Origin: the human T2T-CHM13v2.0 reference genome, Homo sapiens
Reading direction: 5' to 3' (one strand)
DNA length: 64,000 bases
Assembly (NCBI RefSeq): GCF_009914755.1
Contig: NC_060930.1
Part shown: piece after piece, positions 57,846 to 64,000 of the stretch
Layout of the letters: the number at the start of each line of letters is the position of its first letter
Numbering within the stretch: position 1 is the stretch's first letter
Translations under genes and position numbers: made by a program
Notes under the pieces: model-generated
The model's input: the letters and a program-made list of their open reading frames with translations, nothing else
What the model was told of the DNA's origin: nothing
The model's database searches: none

Positions 57846-58157
57846 TTGCAAGGGAGTAGATAAATATAAAAAGTACCTCCTACATGCCTTTGTTTGTTTG
57901 GCATATTTCACAAAGCATAACTAGAACTACCTATTTTATTAGCCAGGATGATTTCTGCCCTCACCATATAAGTTGGACCATTATTAACACAGCTATGTGG
58001 AGATAGGCCCTTGAGATTATTAGCAAGTGTTTCAGAATTAAAAGTCATAATCCTTAAAGAAATCTATTTCAACTCTGGGTTTAATTAATGGGAAAATATA
58101 CGTACACAGCAAACATTAAGTATAAGACTGCACTTAAAAATTAAGACTCCTGCTAGC

Positions 58158-59173
58158 TGAAGGGGTGGCCTGCCCCTCCACACCTGTGGGTATTTCTAGT
58201 CGGCTGGTATGAGAAACTGAGAAAAGAAGACAGAGAGACAAAGTATAGAGAAACAACAGTGGGCCCAGGGGACCGGCGCTCAGCATACCAAGGACCTGCA
58301 CCAGCACCGGCCTCTGAGTTCCCTCAGTTTTTATTGATTATTATCTTCATTATTTCAGCATAAAGGAACGTAGTAGGAGGGCAGGGTGATAATAAGGAGA
58401 AAAACATGTGAGCAATAGAATCTACATCATAATTAAGTTCAAGGGAAGGTACTATGACTGGACGTACACGTAAGCCAGATTTATATTTCTCTCCACCCAA
58501 ACATCTCAGTGGAGTAAAGAATAACTAGTCAGCATTGCTGCAAACATGTCTCACCTCCCACCATAGGGCGGTTTTTCTCCTATCTCAGAATTGAACAAAT
58601 GTACAATCGGGTTTTATACCGAGACATTCAGTTCCCAGGGGCAGGCAGGAGAGAGTGGCCTTCCTCTATCTCAACTGCAAGAGGCTTTCATCTCTTACTA
58701 ATCCACCTCAGCACAGACCCTTTACGGGTGTCGGGCTGGGGGACGGTCAGGTCTTTCTCATCCCACGAGGCCATATTTCAGACTATCACATGGGGAGAAA
58801 CCTTGGACAATACCCCGCTTTCAAGGGCAGAGGTCCCTGCGGATTTCCGCAGTGCATTGTGCCCCTGGTTTATTGAGACTAGAGAATGGCAATGGCTTTT
58901 ACCAAGTATACTGCTTGTAAACATTTTGTTAACAAGGCACGTCCTGCACAGCCCTAGATCCCTTAAACCTTGATTTCATACAACACATGTTTTTGTGAGC
59001 TCCAGATTGGATCAAAGTGGTTGGGTCAAAGTGGCTGGGGCAAAGCTACAAATTAACAACATCTCGGCAAAGCAATTGTTCAAAGTACAGGTCTTTTTCC
59101 AAATGGAGTCTCTTATGTCTTCCCTTTCTACATAGACACAGTAACAGTCTGATCTCTCTTTCTTTTCCCTACA
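58158..59173 (-). mobile_element. LTR5A (HERV-K HML-2) complete solo LTR, 1016 bp
   Basis: Minus strand runs tgtagggaaaagaaagagagatcagactg...gccaccccttca; 5-bp TSD ctagc at 58153-58157 and 59174-59178; TATAAAA 58612-58618(-), AATAAA 58330-58335(-). Confidence 0.96.
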
Positions 59174-59178
59174 CTAGC

Positions 59179-59480
59179 CACCCAAGAAAATAAACTGAAA
59201 GCTATTAGAATTAACAAGAGGGTTCAGTAGAGCAGCAATGTAAAAAAAAGAAGAAATTAATAGCTTTTCTTCAGACCAGCATAAACCAGTTGGATAATAT
59301 AATAAGAACATAGAACACAACAAAACTTAACTGAGACATTTAATATATGGACAGAAAAAAAATGAAGCATCATTATATACTTGAATTGAAAAAGAAAATA
59401 CTATAAATTAAAATTCTTACATTAATTCGCTAGTTTAGGGCAATACCAAATAAGAACCAACAAATGGTACTTTTAAAACT
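59179..59480 (+). mobile_element. Ancient L1M ORF2 fragment
   Basis: aaactgaaagctattagaattaacaagagggttcagtag..aattaatagcttttct..accagcataaaccagtt. Confidence 0.6.
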
Positions 59481-59748
59481 TGAGGAGTTTTGACTTCTAA
59501 AATGGCAGAGTAAGACCTCTGAAAATCTACTCCTCTATGAAAGCAACAGAAACACATGCAAAAACTATCAAAATCAACTTTTCCTGAACTCTAGACATTA
59601 ATCAAAGTGTTGTAACAATTTGAGAAGTGTTTACACAAGAAGAAAATGGCTGAATATGTAAGAATATTGCAATTTATGGCATTTTAACTTTCCCTAATCT
59701 CATCCCTCTCTCTTCAGCTTCAAGATAACCCTAGAAATCAAGTCTTTC

Positions 59749-59918
59749 AGCCAGGTGTGATAGTTTTCATGTGTAATCCCAATTACTCAGAAGACTGAGG
59801 CAGAACCCAGGATTTAGAAGCTACAGTAAGCTATGATTACACCTTTGAACTCCAGAACTCCAGCCTGAACAATAAACTGAGACTTTTTCTCACAATAATA
59901 AAAAGAAAAAATAAATCG
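59749..59918 (+). mobile_element. Old Alu monomer (FAM/FRAM-like)
   Basis: agccaggtgtgatag..tgtaatcccaattactcagaagactgaggcag..ccagcctgaacaa, A tail. Confidence 0.75.
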
Positions 59919-59932
59919 AGAAGCTAGTCTTC

Positions 59933-60397
59933 TTACAGTAGCACAATTCACAGTTGCAATTGATGTGGAACCAACCTAACCGCCCATTGACTAATGAGTG
60001 GATAAAGAAAATGTGGAATATGTACACCATGAAATACTACTCAGCCATTAAAAAGAATGAAATAATGTCCTTTGCAGCAACTTGGATGGAGCTGGAGATC
60101 ATTATTCTAAGTAACACAGGAGTAGAAAACCACTTATAAGCTTATACGTGGGAGATAAGCTATGAGTATGCAAAGGCATACAGAGTGATATGATCGACTT
60201 CAGAGACTTAGAATGGGAAGGGTGGGAGAGAAGTTAAGGATAAAAAACTACACATTACATTACTACATTACTACACAATGTATGCTACTCGGGTGACCAG
60301 TGCACTAAAATCTCAGAACTGACCACTATATAATTCATCCATGTAACGAAAAATCATTTGTACCCCAAAAGATATTTAAATAATTTTTTTTAAAAAA
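59933..60397 (+). mobile_element. L1PB2-type 3' end
   Basis: ORF 59954-60139 WNQPNRPLTNEWIKKMW..MSFAATWMELE; taagctatgagtatgcaaaggcatacagagtg. Confidence 0.9.
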
Positions 60398-61143
60398 AGA
60401 AATCTAGTCTTCCAAATGCAATAGCTATTAAAACCAGCAGTTTGGCAGCCACTAAGTGAGGCAGAATAAGGTAGGAACTCCCTAGAAGTCCTGTCTGCAG
60501 AGATTTGTCACTACTTTACGTGTCTGGCAGCTTGTTAGAAAGCACTATTCTCAGGTTTTGTCTTTATCTGACCTTAGTTGGAGCTCTCGCTGTTTGTGAA
60601 GAGCCCTCTTCTCAGGATTTTGCCAAAAATAATCAACAGCAATTGTTTAACATCACAGCTGCCTAATGTGGCTTTATTTGTTGGGAGGAACAAGAACTTG
60701 ACCAAAATACAAAAGAAAATACTGAGGACTGACATGATCATAAGAAACTTTGCAAAGCTAAACATAACCAAGAAATCTAGGAGGCTACACACATACTCAG
60801 GACTGTGCACATGCCCAGGAAAGGACTGAGACAATACTGTCAATCACAATATTAGTAGAGCTGTTGACAATTAAAACAAAAAAATGAAGCCTAACATTTT
60901 AATTTAACTTTTAATAAATATTCCATGTTTATTAAAAATATATTTGGTTTTAAAAAATTATTGGTGGCGTCTATAGAAGACATACTTTTCTAATATATAT
61001 TTCTTAGGAGTTGCTGTATTTTGCTCATAATATTTACATTATTAGCATGCTAGTCCTGAAGAAATAGAAGAAGTATACCATTGTTGAGTTTTGAGTAGTG
61101 AATCTTCCATTAAATTGTTTTCCCTGAATAAATAACTAGCCTG

Positions 61144-61162
61144 AAACCACTAGAGGGCAAGC
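61144..61162 (+). promoter_or_regulatory. Candidate CTCF binding site
   Basis: CCACTAGAGGGC at 61147-61158 matches the CCACYAGRGGGC core; motif only, no occupancy data. Confidence 0.5.
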
Positions 61163-62100
61163 TTTACGTTATAATGAAACAAGAATCACTTTCACATCCA
61201 TAGTAATAGCACACATTTAAGGTGTGCTATTCTCAAAATGACTATTTTGAGAATAGAAATCTAATTTCTGTATAACTAACTTTTTTCTTTAAGAGGTAAA
61301 TAAAGGTAAAATCACATTTTATATATATTCCTAAATTTAGCTACTCAAGAGCAGTAATTTTTAAACTTTAACATGGCAATTTTTTAGAATCAGTATTAGA
61401 CGTATGAGTCACATGCAATTCCGCATCTTCATAAAATGATATTCAATATCAAACAAATACTGTTTCCTAGTTATTAATTTACAAATAAGTTACTGATTAA
61501 ACTAATCTGTGTGCTTCCTATTCCCTGACCCCTAAATAAGGCAAAAGGAATTCAGCCTAAAACTTTGGCACCTAGGCTTAAGAGAAAATCTCTGTATATG
61601 GCACAGAGTTCTTTTTGTCATTGCAAAAATATTTGAAAATGATAATTCATTGATAGGTCACACCATAGCATGTGTGTGTTATACATTTCATGAAATTCCT
61701 ATTTTGCTATGAAAATCTGATAATTAGCTAAACTGACAGTCAATCTAATCTTGGCACAAATATGTATATAATGACCTATGTTAACAAATATCCTGTAGTT
61801 TTTTCTCTGTTCCCTGGGTGTGCTCTGCTGCTCAGGAAAACATGGATCATTAGACAAGCACATTTGATAATTTGTAGCAAGTATTGAGCACTTAACATTT
61901 AAATTGTATTATGTAACTTGCTCATAGACACAAAGTTGGTGAGTGGTTGAGCCTGGATTACACTGATACCTGACACTTTCTTCTGAAGTGGTAGTTATAT
62001 TCCAAGTAAATCTTTAAGGTTCAAATAACACAAAAAGAAGTACTAGCTAGTTGAATCAGATTGTAGTTTGGGAAAGGATGGTGTCAGACTAAGGGGTGGC

Positions 62101-62174
62101 TGTATTAGGCCCTTCTTGCGTTGCTATAAAGACATTTCTGAGACTTAGTAATTTATAAGAAAAGAGGTTTATCA
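62101..62174 (-). mobile_element. MSTA 3' LTR remnant (internal deletion)
   Basis: tgtattaggcccttcttgcgttgctataaag..aaagaggttta joined directly to terminal tca. Confidence 0.85.
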
Positions 62175-63818
62175 TTCCATCCCTGGCCCTTCCCAAATCT
62201 CATGTCCCTCTCATATTGCAAAATACAATCATCCCTTCTCAGTAGTCCCCACAAAGTCTTAACTCATTCCAGCATTAACTCAAAAATCCCAAGTCCCAAA
62301 TCCAAACTCTTATCTGTAAATGAGTTCCTTCTACCTATGAGCTTGTGAAATCACAGCAAGTTATATACTTCCAAGATACAATGAGGTATAGGCATTGGGT
62401 AAACATTCCCATTCCAAAAGGGATAAATTGACCAAAAGAAAGGGGCTACAGAACCCATGCAAATTCGAAACCCAGCAGGGCAGTCATTAAATCGTAAACC
62501 TCCAAAGTAATCTCCTTTGACTCTGTTTCACATCTAGGGCACACTGCTGCAAGGGGTGGGCTTTCAAGGCCTTGGACAGCTCTGCTCCTGTGACTTTGCA
62601 TGTTCAGCTCCCAGGGCTGCTCTCATGGGTTGGAGTTGAATGCCTGTGGCTTTTCCAGATGCAGGGTCCATAATGCTAATGGATATAGCATTCTGGGTTC
62701 TGGAGGACAATGCCTCCCTTCTCACAGCTACACTAGGCAGTGCCTTATTAGGGACTCTGTATGGAGATTGCAACTCCACATTTTCCTTTCAACTTCCCTA
62801 GCAGAGGTTTTCTGTGAAGGCTTCCCCACTGCAGCAGGCACTTGCCTGGGCACCAAAGCTTTCTCATAAATCTTCTGAAATCTGGGTGGAGGCTACCAAC
62901 CGTTCTTCACTCTTGTATTCTGTGCACCTACAGGCTTAATGCCACATAGAAGCTGCCAAGGCTTATGGCTCGCATTCTCCAAAGTTGCAACTCAAGCTAT
63001 ACCCGAGTCTCTTAGAATCCTAGCTGGAGCTAGAGTAGGCATATATGTGGAGCAGTGTCTTGGGATGCACAAAACAGTGGGACTTTAGGCTGGGCCATGA
63101 AACCATTCAGTCTTTATAGGCTTCAGGGCCTGCAATGGAAAGGGCTGCCTGGAAGATCTCTGAAATGCATTTGAGGCCTTTTAACCATTGTTTTGTTTAT
63201 TACCATTTGGCTCTGTTTTAGTTATCCAAATTTCTCTAGCATGAGGTTGATCCACAGCCTGCTTAAATTCCTCTTCCAAAAGAGCTTTTCCTTTCTCTGC
63301 TATATGGCCAGGGGCAAATTGTTTAAACTTTTACACTCTGCTTCCTGTTTAAATATAAATTCCAACTTTAAGTCATTCATTTGTTCCTAAATCTGAGCAT
63401 AGGTTGTTAGAAGCAGCCAGACTATATCTTGAACACATTGCTGCTTAGAAATTTCTTCTGCCGGATATCCTAGGTCATCATATCTCAAACTCAAACGTCC
63501 ACAGATGCGTAGGGCATGAACAGAATGCAGTCAATTTATTTGCTAAGGCATAACATGCATGACCTTTGCTCCAGTTCTCAATAAGTTCCTTGTATCCATC
63601 TGAGATCTCTACAACTTGGATTTTATTGCCCATATCACTATCAGTATTTTGGTCACAACCGTTTAACCAGTCTCTAAGATGTTCCAACCTTTCTGTCTCT
63701 TTCTGTCTTCTTCTGAGCCCTCTAAGCTATTCCAACCTCTGCCCATTACCCAGTTCCAAAGTTGCTTCTACATTTTCAGGTCTTTACAGAAATCCCCCAC
63801 TCCTCAGTACCAATTTTC
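62175..63818 (-). mobile_element. MSTA internal region, essentially complete
   Basis: ORF 63478-63687 EHLRDWLNGCDQNTDSDM..LIENWSKGHACYALA; homologous to 30631-31956. Confidence 0.92.
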
Positions 63819-64000
63819 TGTATTAGTCCATTCTTGCATTGCTATAAAGAAATACCCTAGACTAGGTAATTTATTTTTAAAAAGGTTTACATTGGTTCAT
63901 GGTTCTGCAGACTGCACAGGAATCATAGTGGCATATGCTTCTGGGGAGGCCTGAGCTTACAATTATGGAGTAAGGGAAAATGGGACCAGGTACATCACAT
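63819..64000 (-). mobile_element. MSTA 5' LTR (runs off the window)
   Basis: tgtattagtccattcttgcattgctataaagaaatacc. Confidence 0.9.

Larger units (their letters stand above)
59485..60835 (+). mobile_element. Old L1M (L1MD-like) 5' UTR interrupted by an Alu monomer and an L1PB
   Basis: gacttctaaaatggcagagtaag start; aaaatcaacttttcctgaactctag; gcacatgcccaggaaagg. Confidence 0.6.

Noticed and set aside
58599-58973. 124-aa ORF
   Set aside because: Antisense frame lying wholly within LTR5A; no gag, pol or env sequence is present.

Overview
AT-rich primate genomic DNA (human or ape: AluY, HERV-K LTR5A and HERV-W LTR17 are present), intergenic or deep intronic. I find no credible protein-coding gene. 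The recognisable ORF-track entries are decayed transposon frames (L1 ORF2, Tigger1 transposase, MaLR internal ORF, Alu) or simple repeats. The window holds about 12 Alu copies or fragments, L1s from L1M to L1PA age, two MSTA MaLR proviruses, solo LTRs (LTR17, LTR5A, MER4, MLT1, LTR33), DNA transposons (Tigger1, Tigger2a, Tigger4b, MER96B, a Jerky-like Tigger fossil), and MIR/L2/L3 relics. I cannot support a new biological system here. The best leads are small-scale: a 36-nt tailless U2 snRNA retrocopy with TSDs, a triplicated Tigger1 terminus, a palindromic 30-bp minisatellite, a 22-bp-periodic YY1-like motif array in LTR17, an unexplained 51-bp direct repeat, a CTCF motif next to interlocking hairpins, a micro-inversion in an L1 3' UTR, and a retrotransposon target site used twice. 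Subfamily names come from recalled consensus sequences, and boundaries of old elements are approximate.
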